This document shows positions 18,464 to 28,407 of a stretch of DNA of 64,000 bases, one piece after another. The notes below the pieces were generated by a model. The model ran no database searches. It was not told where the DNA came from and saw only the letters and a program-made list of their open reading frames with translations. Position 1 is the stretch's first letter. Each line of letters starts with the position of its first letter. A program made the position numbers and the translations under genes. Origin of the DNA: Candidatus Heimdallarchaeota archaeon (GTDB lineage Archaea; Asgardarchaeota; Heimdallarchaeia; JABLTI01); contig JABCTZ010000032.1 in the NCBI GenBank assembly GCA_018238155.1, positions 298,491-362,490 of the forward strand. Direction: 5' to 3'.

Positions 18464-19735
18464 ATGAATAATGGATATGAAGATAATTCTTCCTTTGTTG
18501 ACCTATTAGGGTCACTCAGAGTTTTTGCTCATGATATTAGTACAGTGCCCAATTTCAAAGATATCGCTTATCGTGTGACAGGTTTAGATAAATATGATCG
18601 TGTCCTTTCAATTGCAAAACCACATGATATTATCTTTCTAAAAGCACATCCTGATAGAAATTATTTGCGTTGGTTGAAAGAAGTTGGTTTGGGATCCAGA
18701 AAAGTCATAGTACTAAATGGTAATTCTGAGGAATCATTATATGAGCGAATTTTGAGACGAATTCCAAAAGAAGATGTAAAGCAGCTATTTGGTTCTATAC
18801 AGCAACAGAAGCAAATGTTTTTCAGCCCCTTTTATGCTGGGGCTTTGGAAAAACAAGCAAGTGAATATCTTGGTTTGGTCATGTATTCAAATTCTTCCAT
18901 TGCAAATAAGCTCAACAGCAAAGTTGCTTTTAAAGAACTTTGCCAAAATGTAGGTGTACCTGTTATTAAAGGAGCTATTTTTGTTTTCAAGCAAGGAATA
19001 CAGATGCTCTTGGATTTGGTTGAAGAACAATTGCTCAAAACAGGTAAAGTTATTATCAGAGGAGAGGTTGGTGCTTCAGCATCTAGTACCTATATCCTTA
19101 ACCACTTAAACAAAAGTGAACTTTCAAAATTAATGAAAAAAAGTAAACCTGGTGATCGTTTTCTTATTGAACCATTCCTTGAGGTCAAATCTTCACCCTC
19201 TTCCACCTGGTTTATCACTTTTGATAAGAGGATTTGTCATCTTAAGACTTCTAGACAAATCTTGGATGAGGATACATCACATCGCGGTAATGAGTTTCCA
19301 GTTAAATTCAACAAAGATTTGGTGAAAGAATATTCCTATATGATTGCTTTACATCTTGTTGAGCAAGGATTTGTTGGACCATTTGGTCTTGATTTCATAG
19401 AAACTAAAGAAGGTCTTTTTGTTGTAGAATGCAACCCTCGAGTAACAGGTGCAATGTATCCTTGGGAGCTTGTTCACCAACTTGAGAAATTTGAACCTAT
19501 TCGAGCCGCTCGAGCAGAAAACATTGTCTTACACAAGAAAGGAATACGATTTAGTGATCTACTAGAATCCTGTGAAGAAGTTCTTTATGATGGAACCGCT
19601 TCAGAAGGAATTGTTATTCCATATAATATTGGTCCTTTGGTGGATGGTAAACTAACGGTATTAGTTACAGGGTCCTCTCCAAAGGAAGTTCAATCTTTAT
19701 TTGATTATATTAAGACTCGTTTAGAGAAGCTCTGA
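18464..19735 (+). CDS. PGM1-like ATP-grasp (peptide) ligase
   Basis: Pre-ATP-grasp segment DRVLSIAKPHDIIFLKAHPDRNYLRWL, LNSKVAF, GPFGLDF, VECNPRVTGA, PGM1_C-like YDGTASEGIV; starts 1 nt after the rSAM stop. Confidence 0.8.
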   Translation: MNNGYEDNSSFVDLLGSLRVFAHDISTVPNFKDIAYRVTGLDKYDRVLSIAKPHDIIFLKAHPDRNYLRWLKEVGLGSRKVIVLNGNSEESLYERILRRIPKEDVKQLFGSIQQQKQMFFSPFYAGALEKQASEYLGLVMYSNSSIANKLNSKVAFKELCQNVGVPVIKGAIFVFKQGIQMLLDLVEEQLLKTGKVIIRGEVGASASSTYILNHLNKSELSKLMKKSKPGDRFLIEPFLEVKSSPSSTWFITFDKRICHLKTSRQILDEDTSHRGNEFPVKFNKDLVKEYSYMIALHLVEQGFVGPFGLDFIETKEGLFVVECNPRVTGAMYPWELVHQLEKFEPIRAARAENIVLHKKGIRFSDLLESCEEVLYDGTASEGIVIPYNIGPLVDGKLTVLVTGSSPKEVQSLFDYIKTRLEKL

Positions 19736-19917
19736 AGAATATGCAACATATCTTCTGCTCTCTCTTTTTCTTTGGAATTGAATTTTGACATTCAAGATAC
19801 TAATTTGTATCTTTGGTTCAGGTGCTGATACAATTCTGGCTATAGTATCCATTGCTTCATTTTACTTAACTGAAAGAAAGAAAAAAAAATGAATTAAGAG
19901 AGAATAACAAACAATGA

Positions 19918-20544
19918 TTATTTGTTCTTTAAGATCTCCTTAATTTCTCTAAGCTCGCTAAGAATAGCGTTGTTAATATCTGCAGGTTCTTTAAAAGGAA
20001 GATCTTCTTCTTCAAGACTAGCAAGGGGTGTCATAGGTCTCAATTGTTTTATTTTCTGATTGAGTTTTTCGTAGATTTCCTGATATTGAATTAATCCATC
20101 GATTTTTTCTTCAGGTCCTTGCTTAGTACTAAAGCCGGCAGTATGTATTTGTATTCTGCCTATTCCAATAATCCTATCAAATGGTCCTCTTATAACTGCA
20201 ATATTGGTAATCGCTCTTAATGGTACAACTTTCATTATTTTCTGAATAAATCCCCTATAAACAATCATTTCCTTATCTGTCAATACATAATGAATTGAAC
20301 GATAGTAGAAAGGAAAAATGATAAATGAACATCCTAATCCTGTGACGGATATCCCACTAGTAACATATACGATTATCCGTAATTGCAGACTGTCTTCGAC
20401 AATAAACATCAGCACAAAAAACGTTGCTGAAAAAATTATTATTGCCAAGAAAACAATTATTGAGCTTACATAATATTTGGTCAATAGTTTTTTATTTGGT
20501 TTAAATTCAAAGTTTTTTTCTTTAGACAGATTCCCACACCTCAA
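19918..20544 (-). CDS. Membrane protein with bacterial-type PH (bPH_2) domain
   Basis: Two TMs then YVLTDKEMIVYRG...VPLRAITNIAVIRGPFDRIIGIGRIQIHTAG. Confidence 0.85.
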   Translation of the reverse strand: MRCGNLSKEKNFEFKPNKKLLTKYYVSSIIVFLAIIIFSATFFVLMFIVEDSLQLRIIVYVTSGISVTGLGCSFIIFPFYYRSIHYVLTDKEMIVYRGFIQKIMKVVPLRAITNIAVIRGPFDRIIGIGRIQIHTAGFSTKQGPEEKIDGLIQYQEIYEKLNQKIKQLRPMTPLASLEEEDLPFKEPADINNAILSELREIKEILKNK

Positions 20545-20547
20545 AGA

Positions 20548-20570
20548 TTGTCTGAAGTTTATTCAGACAA
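20548..20570. promoter_or_regulatory. Perfect 9-bp inverted repeat, putative operator or 5' hairpin of bPH gene
   Basis: TTGTCTGAA-gttta-TTCAGACAA immediately upstream of SD GAGGTG (minus strand). Confidence 0.4.
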
Positions 20571-21235
20571 ATACCAAAGGATTTTTTACAAAGATTTTTC
20601 TAGAAGTAATCATAAAACTCTAGATTTGCCTTCAAAATATAACTCTTATAATTAATTGAAATTGGACTGATTTTGCTTTTAAACCTTCGGAAATTAAATG
20701 CTGTGTTAGCACTTTTTTTGAATTTAATTAACAATAAATAGACGAAAAGTGCATCTCAAGGCATATTTCATTAATTTCCTTAGAAAGAATTTTTAAGTTA
20801 TTTAATGATTAGAAAGATTATCAAAAATATTTATGGCACTATTTCGTTAACGCTTGAAAAGTCATTACATAATTTTTGGTGTCAGAAATAGTATTTATAC
20901 TTCATTTTAAAAAAATAATGAAAAAAACATTATTCAGCAAACAATCTTCTCTCATGAAACTAATCTAAAAGAGGAATTGATCTTTGAACAGTCACTTCAT
21001 CTATAAAATTGCAATTGTAACTTGTCAAGATTATTTGTGGAGTCAAGGGTTAAATAGCATTGGATCCGTGCGTCAATTGAAAAAATCTTGCATAGTAATT
21101 CTCCTATCATCTTGTTCTTTCTATAATTATTAAATACTCCTTTGTTTACTCGTACGGAAGATTAATTATTCAACGATTCTTTTAAACAAAGAATAATACT
21201 TTCAGCTGACTCTTTATAAAAACTAAATAAATCTA

Positions 21236-22765
21236 ATGACAATTATATTTTACCGAAGAAAAATGCTCTCAAAAGAACATCGACTCACAAGGAAAGCTTA
21301 CAAAACACTGATAGCTGATCTGCCAGATGATGAATTAGAGAAAGCACTAGAACAAGTAAGGCAAGTAACAAAACCAACCAAGAAAAAACCACTTCAATTA
21401 ACCGCTAAAGTAAAGATTGAAGTAACAAAGGAGCAAGAAAAAATACTTTGGATACTAGCTGAAAATTGTCGATTAATTCATTACTTTGCAAATAAAGAGC
21501 GAAAAGAGTGGTGGGATAAAAACAAACATTTACCAAAGAAGAAAAGGGACAAGAAGTCAAAACCAACTTACAACAAACAATCAGCACAATTGCCAAAATT
21601 AAAAGAACAGTACCCTCGCTACAAGCAAAATCATTCCAAAACATTGCAAGGCATACTCAAACAGTTAGAAGCAGAATATAAATCATTTTACGCTTTAAGA
21701 GATAACGGAGATTTGGATGCTAAACCACCAAGATACAAAGGAAAAAAATATTTTACCACCATGCATTACAATCAAAAAGGATTCAAGATTATAGGGAATA
21801 AGATAACCTTGACTCATTTTTATCCTACAAAAAAAGCAGAAAAAGTTGATTTAGCTTTTGAAATACAAGGAAAATTCACCTTCACCGGAAAAAAAGTCAA
21901 GCAAGTGACCATTTACCAAAAGCAAAAAACAAAGGAGTACTACCTTTCAATAATTTACGAGGAAAACACCCTAGAGTATTACGACAACGGTATTTACCAG
22001 ACTTTAGATTTGGGTGTGATCAACCTTGTTGCGGCAACGAATAGCCATGCAGGAAAATCTTTTATTATCAAAAATAAGCGCGTGGACAAATATTGGCAAC
22101 GAAAAATAGAAGAATTGCAAAGCAAAAGAGATCATTGCAAAAAATACTACACCAAATGGCACTGGTACAATAATAAAATGTGGAAAATGATACGAAAACA
22201 AGCAAACCAGTTTAAGGATTACCAACATAAAATAAGCAAGAAAGTCGTTGAGAACACCAGAGCAAACACTATCATTATCGGTGATTTGAATGTTAAAGCA
22301 ATGAGTAAAAGCAAAAAAAGAGATAAAAAGAACGATAAGAGCAAACATAGAACCATGCAAAGTACTGGTTCCCTTGGTCGTTTCGCTCGATTCTTAACCT
22401 ACAAGGCACAGAAGGTAGGTAAAAAAGTAATAAGGATCAGTGAACGAGATACAACCAAACTATGCACCTACTGTATGACAAAGGAGAACAGAGCGCTCTC
22501 TGAACGAACTATTAGTTGTGATTGTGGGCTAGTAATAGATCGAGACACAAGCAGTTCAGGAACACAAATGCAGCGCTTCCTCGCTTTGCTAGCACTATCA
22601 CAGAAACGCCTTGTGGTCAGGCAACGATTCGTGAAAGATCTTCGGGTCTTTCGCGGAAAGTTTTTTGCGACACACAGCCAAACGTCAAACGAAAGTTCCT
22701 CCTTTACCGGAGTTGGGCGGACTCGCAGCGAATCAAACGTTAACAAAACATTCTTTAGAAGTTAG
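21236..22765 (+). mobile_element. tnpB: TnpB (IS200/IS605 family, IS1341-like, no TnpA)
   Basis: PPRYKGK, RuvC-I TLDLGV, IIIGDL, FLTYKA, SERDTTKLCTYC...CDCG...DRD zinc finger/RuvC-III; A/C-rich codon usage unlike neighbours. Confidence 0.92.
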
Positions 22766-22790
22766 TTAACTAAGATAGACCATGACTACT
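22580..22790 (+). ncRNA. Putative omegaRNA / right end of the TnpB element (boundaries approximate)
   Basis: GC-richer 3' part of tnpB with GTGAAAGATC-TTCG-GGTCTTTCGC hairpin (22631-22654) and a GTTAAC...GTTAAC stem near the stop. Confidence 0.55.
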
Positions 22791-22845
22791 TAACATAAAT
22801 ATTGATACAATTGGTCATGAAATTGATATTTTGGAGGAACTCTAA

Positions 22846-23304
22846 ATGTCCAAAGACGAGAAACCAGAAGCAAAGAAGTCTGAGAAAAAAACTAAAGATA
22901 CAAAAGCAACGAAAGAAAAATCTACTAAATTAAAGATTAAAAGGAAATCTACCAAAGCTAAGGAAGAGAAACCAAAGTCTACCAAAGCTAAAGAAGAGAA
23001 ACCAATACCGGCGACCAAACCACAAACCAAACCCAAGAACACTATTTTCGTTGGGAATAAACCTGCGATGATATACGTCTTAGCTGTAATGACGTGTTTC
23101 AATGAAAATGACGCTTCAGAAGTTAGAATCTGTGCTCGAGGTCGAGCAATCAGTAGCGCTGTTGATGTTGCAGAATTGACTAGAAATAAGTTAATGCCCG
23201 ATCTTAAAGTGAAAAGCATTATAACAAGCACAGAACAAGTCCAACGCCGCGAAGGTGGTGGAATGGCAAACGTTTCTGCGATTGAGATTATTCTAGCAAA
23301 GTGA
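22846..23304 (+). CDS. albA: DNA/RNA-binding protein Alba with Lys-rich N-terminal extension
   Basis: IFVGNKPAMIYVLAV, ARGRAISSAVDVAE, NVSAIEIILAK; SD GGAGG. Confidence 0.95.
   Translation: MSKDEKPEAKKSEKKTKDTKATKEKSTKLKIKRKSTKAKEEKPKSTKAKEEKPIPATKPQTKPKNTIFVGNKPAMIYVLAVMTCFNENDASEVRICARGRAISSAVDVAELTRNKLMPDLKVKSIITSTEQVQRREGGGMANVSAIEIILAK
22945..23004 (+). repeat. Two-copy 30-bp tandem repeat encoding KSTKAKEEKP
   Basis: aaatctaccaaagctaaggaagagaaacca / aagtctaccaaagctaaagaagagaaacca. Confidence 0.9.
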
Positions 23305-23448
23305 ATGATCACTTTTCTTTTTTTATTAGTTCTTCTTTTTGTTTTTCTTGAGAGTGCTCTGAACAATCGGAGGATTTAATAAGTAAAAAAATTCTAGAAT
23401 GTGTGTTCATAAACAACATTCAATAGGAATTTGTTGGTGCTCTTTATA

Positions 23449-23982
23449 ATGAAAACAGCGATTTGTACTTTTTGTGCTCAAACGGGAATGCTTTGCAAAG
23501 ATTGTCAAACGAAAGTAAATAATGGAGAGGTTTCTCCAAGCGAAATTGAAATATCAATAATCGCTTCTGAGTTTGAAAAAATTCATCCCCATTCATCCAA
23601 AGTAAATATTATTAAAACTATTGAACAACCAACTTTTATTATTTTATTAGTTGCACCTGGTGATATTAGATTTCTTACAGGTGGTTCTTTAGATTTTGAT
23701 AAACAAATTGAACAGAAGTTGAATAAATCAGTAAAGATTATGGAAAAAGGAAAGAATAAAAGAAAAATAATCGATGAGATCTTCGCTCCTGCTATGATTA
23801 CAGGGATAAACACTCTTTTTGTACCTATTCGTAATGTGAAACCAGGACAACCTTCTATAGAAGAAGAGATGGTTGTCCTTATCTCTGCTGCTGATAAGGA
23901 AAACCTTCCAGGTACATTGAAGGAACTAAAAGAGCTAGTAAAACTTCTGACCGGAGATGAAATAAGAACGGAATTTCGTTAG
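23449..23982 (+). CDS. Archaeal NusA-like KH protein with N-terminal zinc finger
   Basis: ICTFCAQTGMLCKDC; EIFAPAMITGINTLF; upstream of the convergent truD-pth2 genes. Confidence 0.7.
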   Translation: MKTAICTFCAQTGMLCKDCQTKVNNGEVSPSEIEISIIASEFEKIHPHSSKVNIIKTIEQPTFIILLVAPGDIRFLTGGSLDFDKQIEQKLNKSVKIMEKGKNKRKIIDEIFAPAMITGINTLFVPIRNVKPGQPSIEEEMVVLISAADKENLPGTLKELKELVKLLTGDEIRTEFR

Positions 23983-24015
23983 AAAGTCTTTGTTGAAAAC
24001 ACTGTCTGTTTTCTC

Positions 24016-25284
24016 CTAGTAGTAGATAGGTGAAACTTTCATAAATTCTCTTAAAATAACTGTTGCATATGATCCTCGTTTTAATGAGAATTCTTGGTTA
24101 ACAAATTTATCATCTTCATTTTCAGCGAAATTTACAGCCCAATTTTCAGGATGAATATTTATGCGCCTATTTGTGCCGCCAAATTTCATATTCGGAATAT
24201 GTGGTAATTTAAAATGTTCAAGAGTGATTCCATCTTTCTCTAAGAGATCTTCTAGAAAATCACTTAAACGGTTGTCGGTAAAATCAGTTTCATACCCGAT
24301 TATTGGTTGAACTACACCATTTTCAGTATAAATATCATCTTTTTTAGGGCGAACATTACCATCAATTTTCATCCTTTCTGATAACATTGAATTCCAAATA
24401 AATGATTGATAAGCATGTATGAACATTCTTCGAAGGTTTTTGGGAAGAATGTTAAAAGCACCTTGATAATTATTTGGATACTTCATTAGATGACGCAGAA
24501 TATTCTTTTCAAACATCATCTCAGGAGGGAATTCTTTCAAACAAGTAGGATAGTCATTTGTCTCGAGTAATTTTCTTCTTGTGCTAGTAGTTTTTTCATG
24601 CTCATTTTCAGAAATATCTGTGAGATACATCCAAATTGCTTCTTTGACATTTCCTAATAATATTTCTCGTCCAACTTTATGAGAAACGGGTCTTCTCGAA
24701 CCAAACCGCTGATGTCCAAAATAATTAGCTACTCCACCAAACTCCTTAATTTCTTCAGTAATTGCAGTAATTCTTCTCTGAATTTCCTCAAATTCATGTG
24801 GACATTTTCGAATAGTTATTGTAAAATGATTGCCAATGAGATTCCCTAAATAGGTTTTATAAATTGTTGTTCTTGGAGAACGAATCGTTATTCCTCTTAA
24901 CTCTAATTTTAATAACTTTTCACCTGGGACTTTCCAGATTGTTGCATGTTGAGCAGTATGAGCCATTTTGTCTTTTGTACCTGCAACATTGATATCTTCT
25001 TTCTGTACGCCTAATGCTTTACAGATATTGTGTAGTGTTCTGTGGCTTTCAATATCCTTTTTTATTAAAATAAATTCGGTAAATAATCCCGGTTCATTTT
25101 CACCTAAACTAAAATTCTCGTCATCCAGTTTTATAATTCTCCCATCTGGTAAAATTTCCTCTACTTTGAAATCTTTAGGGAAAAAACGTATTTTTCCACC
25201 AATTCCATCAGTCAGAGAGCTGAAATATTTAATTCCCATTATCTGTTCTATCGGATGGCTTTCACGTAATTTGGGTGTATTCAT
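24016..25284 (-). CDS. truD: tRNA pseudouridine(13) synthase
   Basis: DFKVEE, AGTKDKMA, GNHFTITIR, NYFGHQRFG, HAYQSFIWN, GSYATVILRE. Confidence 0.96.
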   Translation of the reverse strand: MNTPKLRESHPIEQIMGIKYFSSLTDGIGGKIRFFPKDFKVEEILPDGRIIKLDDENFSLGENEPGLFTEFILIKKDIESHRTLHNICKALGVQKEDINVAGTKDKMAHTAQHATIWKVPGEKLLKLELRGITIRSPRTTIYKTYLGNLIGNHFTITIRKCPHEFEEIQRRITAITEEIKEFGGVANYFGHQRFGSRRPVSHKVGREILLGNVKEAIWMYLTDISENEHEKTTSTRRKLLETNDYPTCLKEFPPEMMFEKNILRHLMKYPNNYQGAFNILPKNLRRMFIHAYQSFIWNSMLSERMKIDGNVRPKKDDIYTENGVVQPIIGYETDFTDNRLSDFLEDLLEKDGITLEHFKLPHIPNMKFGGTNRRINIHPENWAVNFAENEDDKFVNQEFSLKRGSYATVILREFMKVSPIYY

Positions 25285-25309
25285 CTGAAATCCTCTTCCG
25301 TTTGTTTTT

Positions 25310-25678
25310 CTACAATAACTTCAAGTTAGCAGTAATATGATCAATATTGTTATTTGGTGCTGGTCCTATTGCAACAGCTGTGGGTGTTCCAGGAGGAAGC
25401 TCAGTCATTCCGGCATCATTGATGAAGGCGCAAGGTAAGTTTTTTTTGCGAGCCTTTTGAAAAACCAATTCTAGCTCATCCTTTGAAGATACTTGAACAA
25501 CAACTTTCTTTTGTCCTTCATAGAACCAAGTTTTCAACCAATTCTGTTTGTTTCTCTTCGCTTCTTCTACACAGATAACTGCTGCATGACTTGCCTGAGC
25601 AGCAATTTTTCCTTTGGTCATTTTTAAATCAGTTCTGATAATAATTACCATTTTATATTGAAAGTTGATACCGTTCAT
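25310..25678 (-). CDS. pth2: Peptidyl-tRNA hydrolase 2
   Basis: KGKIAAQASHA, GQKKVV, DAGMTE, AIGP. Confidence 0.96.
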   Translation of the reverse strand: MNGINFQYKMVIIIRTDLKMTKGKIAAQASHAAVICVEEAKRNKQNWLKTWFYEGQKKVVVQVSSKDELELVFQKARKKNLPCAFINDAGMTELPPGTPTAVAIGPAPNNNIDHITANLKLL

Positions 25679-25834
25679 TATATTTCATCCGTAATTTTAG
25701 AAAATCATTAATAATTTATTACTCTTTTCAATGTTTAAGTCTATACTTGATTTAAGTATCTCGCTAAACGAACTAGAAAAATAACTGATGTACCAAATTT
25801 CTTTTAACAAAGCAAGTGAATTTACGTTCAGAAG

Positions 25835-27079
25835 ATGAGGAGAAAGCTCTCATTGGAAACAGATGTTGCAATTGTTGGTGCAGGACCAATAGGAACTTTA
25901 GCTGCGATTCAAGCACGTAGAAATGAAACCGAAGTAATTGTACTTGAACAAAGAGCGAAAATTGGTTTTCCTGATCACTGTGCGGGACTGATAAGCAAAA
26001 CTGGCTTGAAAAAAATCGGTTTAGATTCATTACCAAAATCAATAATTCAAAGTGAGAAAATAATTGGAGCGAAATTTTATTCTCCAGATGGTACAAACTT
26101 CAAAGTAACAAGAAATAAAACACAAGCATTAGTTGTGGATAGAACACTATTTGACCAATATTTAGCTAATAAAGCTGAAAGCTGTGGAGTAACAATTTTC
26201 AGAAATTCCAAAGTAATTGATCTTCAATACAAAAATGATATCAAAAAAACAACCTTGAAAATTAAGGATAAATTACATCCATCTTCTCCTCTAAAATCAT
26301 TGACTGCCCCAATAACAATCATTTCAGAGGGAAGAACTGGAAGACTAGCTAAAAGCATTGGATTTAATTCACCAAAGAAAAAACATCGATTATCAGGAAT
26401 TCAGTATTTAATTGAAAATGTATCTGAACTTGATACTCAATTTGTAGAGATGTATTTTAGTAATTTTATCTCCTCTGGATTCTTTACTTGGATAATTCCT
26501 ATTTCAGAAAATACTGCCAAAGTTGGTTTAGCAACTAGTGATAAGGATGCTGTTTTTAGACTCAATTATTTCCTGAAGAAATACACAATCGTAAAACACA
26601 GATTTCAAAAAGCAAAGATTATCAAAAGATACGGTGGTGAAGTGATTGTAAATGGTTTAATGAAGAACACTTCAACAGATGGGATAATGGTTGCTGGGGA
26701 TGCAGCAGGACAAACAAAAGCAACAACAGGCGGAGGGGTCATTACAGGTGGATTAGCAGGGATAATTGCTGGACAAGTTGCTTCATTAGCTATTCAAGAG
26801 AAAAATAATTGTAGTAAATTTTTGAATAAATATGATACGCAGTGGAAAGCTATTCTAAGAAATCAATTAAAAGCAATGTCTCTTTTCAGATGGTTGTTAA
26901 ATAGATTGACTGATGAAGCATTTAATAGAGCTTTTAAAACTGCAGTAGAAAATGACTTGGGAAAATTGATAGAAAAGAAAGGAGACATCGATAGTCAAGC
27001 TGAAATAATTTTATCTTTGCTTAAAGAACCCGCTGTGATTAAATTAGCTCTTAAATTGCTTCCAATGATACAATTTTGA
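25835..27079 (+). CDS. Geranylgeranyl reductase family (DGGGPL reductase-like)
   Basis: VGAGPIG, PDHCAG, DRTLFDQYLA, FTWIIP, GDAAGQTKATTGGG. Confidence 0.9.
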   Translation: MRRKLSLETDVAIVGAGPIGTLAAIQARRNETEVIVLEQRAKIGFPDHCAGLISKTGLKKIGLDSLPKSIIQSEKIIGAKFYSPDGTNFKVTRNKTQALVVDRTLFDQYLANKAESCGVTIFRNSKVIDLQYKNDIKKTTLKIKDKLHPSSPLKSLTAPITIISEGRTGRLAKSIGFNSPKKKHRLSGIQYLIENVSELDTQFVEMYFSNFISSGFFTWIIPISENTAKVGLATSDKDAVFRLNYFLKKYTIVKHRFQKAKIIKRYGGEVIVNGLMKNTSTDGIMVAGDAAGQTKATTGGGVITGGLAGIIAGQVASLAIQEKNNCSKFLNKYDTQWKAILRNQLKAMSLFRWLLNRLTDEAFNRAFKTAVENDLGKLIEKKGDIDSQAEIILSLLKEPAVIKLALKLLPMIQF

Positions 27080-27138
27080 AAAAGGGTGATTTCTTCTCGA
27101 GAGGAATTTATCTCTCTAGAGAAGATTATTCAAGTAGA

Positions 27139-28158
27139 CTATTCTTTCCATATTTTTGCAGTGTTACAAGGAACTGATAAATCTATCATTGTTAGTAAAC
27201 CAGCTTTTGCTTTTACTATTTTGGGGATTAAATTGACAACCATTGATGCAGTTCCAACATCACCATGTACTCCACCTTTGATGATTTGCTTAATGTTTGG
27301 GATTCCGATGATTTCTACACTATCAAACTCTTCATGATCACCAGAGTATGCAATGAAATCAAGTACCAAAATTTCTTTTCCTTCTTTTTTAGCTATACCT
27401 TTACTGTGTAAACCACAAACATGTCCTTTTGGAACTTCAATATTATCATAGAAAAATGCTTTTTCAGCAATCTTTGCTATAGGTGGTAATTCAATGAATT
27501 CATCAAGTTCGAGTCCCAAAGCGGCATTAATCATTTGCATTGATTCTTCAAGACCAACGTGACCTGTGATTTTCTTTTCAGCGATTTTTTTCTCGAACTT
27601 TTCTTTATTTAACCCGGTACCTATTTTTATTTGGAATGGTATTCTTCTTTTGCTTGAATTCATCATTCGTGTAATGGTTATTTTTTCTACTACCTCGCAA
27701 GGTGCAGTTAGCATAATGGGTAAAAGTTCCATCAAGTAACCAGGATTGATGCCAGTGCCAACAACAGTTGCATTTTGCTTCTTAGCTGCTGCATCAACTT
27801 TTTTCGAAAGTTCAGGATGAAAAGCATAAGGATAAGCTAGTTGTTCACAAAGTGAAATGACATTTACACCCATGCCTACAACTTCAAGTATCATTGGAGT
27901 AATTTTTTCTAAGAATGAAGACGTAGCAATAATTACTACATCAATATCCTTGGTTAGAACTCGCTCAAGATCTGAAGTGATGACAAGATCAGAATCTATT
28001 TCTATACTTAAAATGTCAGTAATTTTCTTTTCTTGGAATTCTTTAGCTATATCAATAACTCCAACTAAATCAATGTTTTTTCGTTTTAAGAGTAGTTTTG
28101 TAACTATTTGACCCATGGGTCCAAAACCGACTTGAATTACTTTGAAAGGTTTTCCCAA
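27139..28158 (-). CDS. 2,4-diaminopentanoate dehydrogenase / DapB-like NAD(P) oxidoreductase
   Basis: GFGPMG, GTGINPG, GHVGLEES, GGVHGDVGT. Confidence 0.8.
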   Translation of the reverse strand: MGKPFKVIQVGFGPMGQIVTKLLLKRKNIDLVGVIDIAKEFQEKKITDILSIEIDSDLVITSDLERVLTKDIDVVIIATSSFLEKITPMILEVVGMGVNVISLCEQLAYPYAFHPELSKKVDAAAKKQNATVVGTGINPGYLMELLPIMLTAPCEVVEKITITRMMNSSKRRIPFQIKIGTGLNKEKFEKKIAEKKITGHVGLEESMQMINAALGLELDEFIELPPIAKIAEKAFFYDNIEVPKGHVCGLHSKGIAKKEGKEILVLDFIAYSGDHEEFDSVEIIGIPNIKQIIKGGVHGDVGTASMVVNLIPKIVKAKAGLLTMIDLSVPCNTAKIWKE

Positions 28159-28254
28159 CGATAATCAGCTCATCTTAAATTTAACTAAAACTAGTTTGTA
28201 AAGTTAGGTTATTATTTTTTCTACTGTTATTCGAATGTCACTAGAATGAAAAAA

Positions 28255-28324
28255 TGGCTCAGTTACCCCAGATTTCGATCATTGTCTGCACAGACTAGCG
28301 AGACCGTACGTCACATCATTGCCA
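28255..28324 (-). ncRNA. Box C/D guide sRNA
   Basis: Minus strand: TGGC-A-ATGATGT(C)-GACGTACGGTCTCGCTAGTCTGTGCAGACA-ATGATCG(C')-AAATCTGGGGTAA-CTGA(D)-GCCA. Terminal stem TGGC/GCCA; GC-rich island in an AT-rich spacer. Confidence 0.75.
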
Positions 28325-28407
28325 AATAAGACTATGGAAAAAGTAACTTAAGTATATTGTTTCAAGTCAAAAGTAATTTCCACTCTTTTAACAACAAATA
28401 ATTTAAA

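Noticed and set aside
20600-21235. TnpA or resolvase remnant upstream of tnpB
   Set aside because: Only short ORFs (<50 aa) with no HUH or serine-recombinase motifs; the left end could not be defined.
22842-23366. 174-aa antisense ORF and the many other short overlapping ORFs in the track
   Set aside because: Shadow ORFs opposite or within well-supported genes; no motifs.
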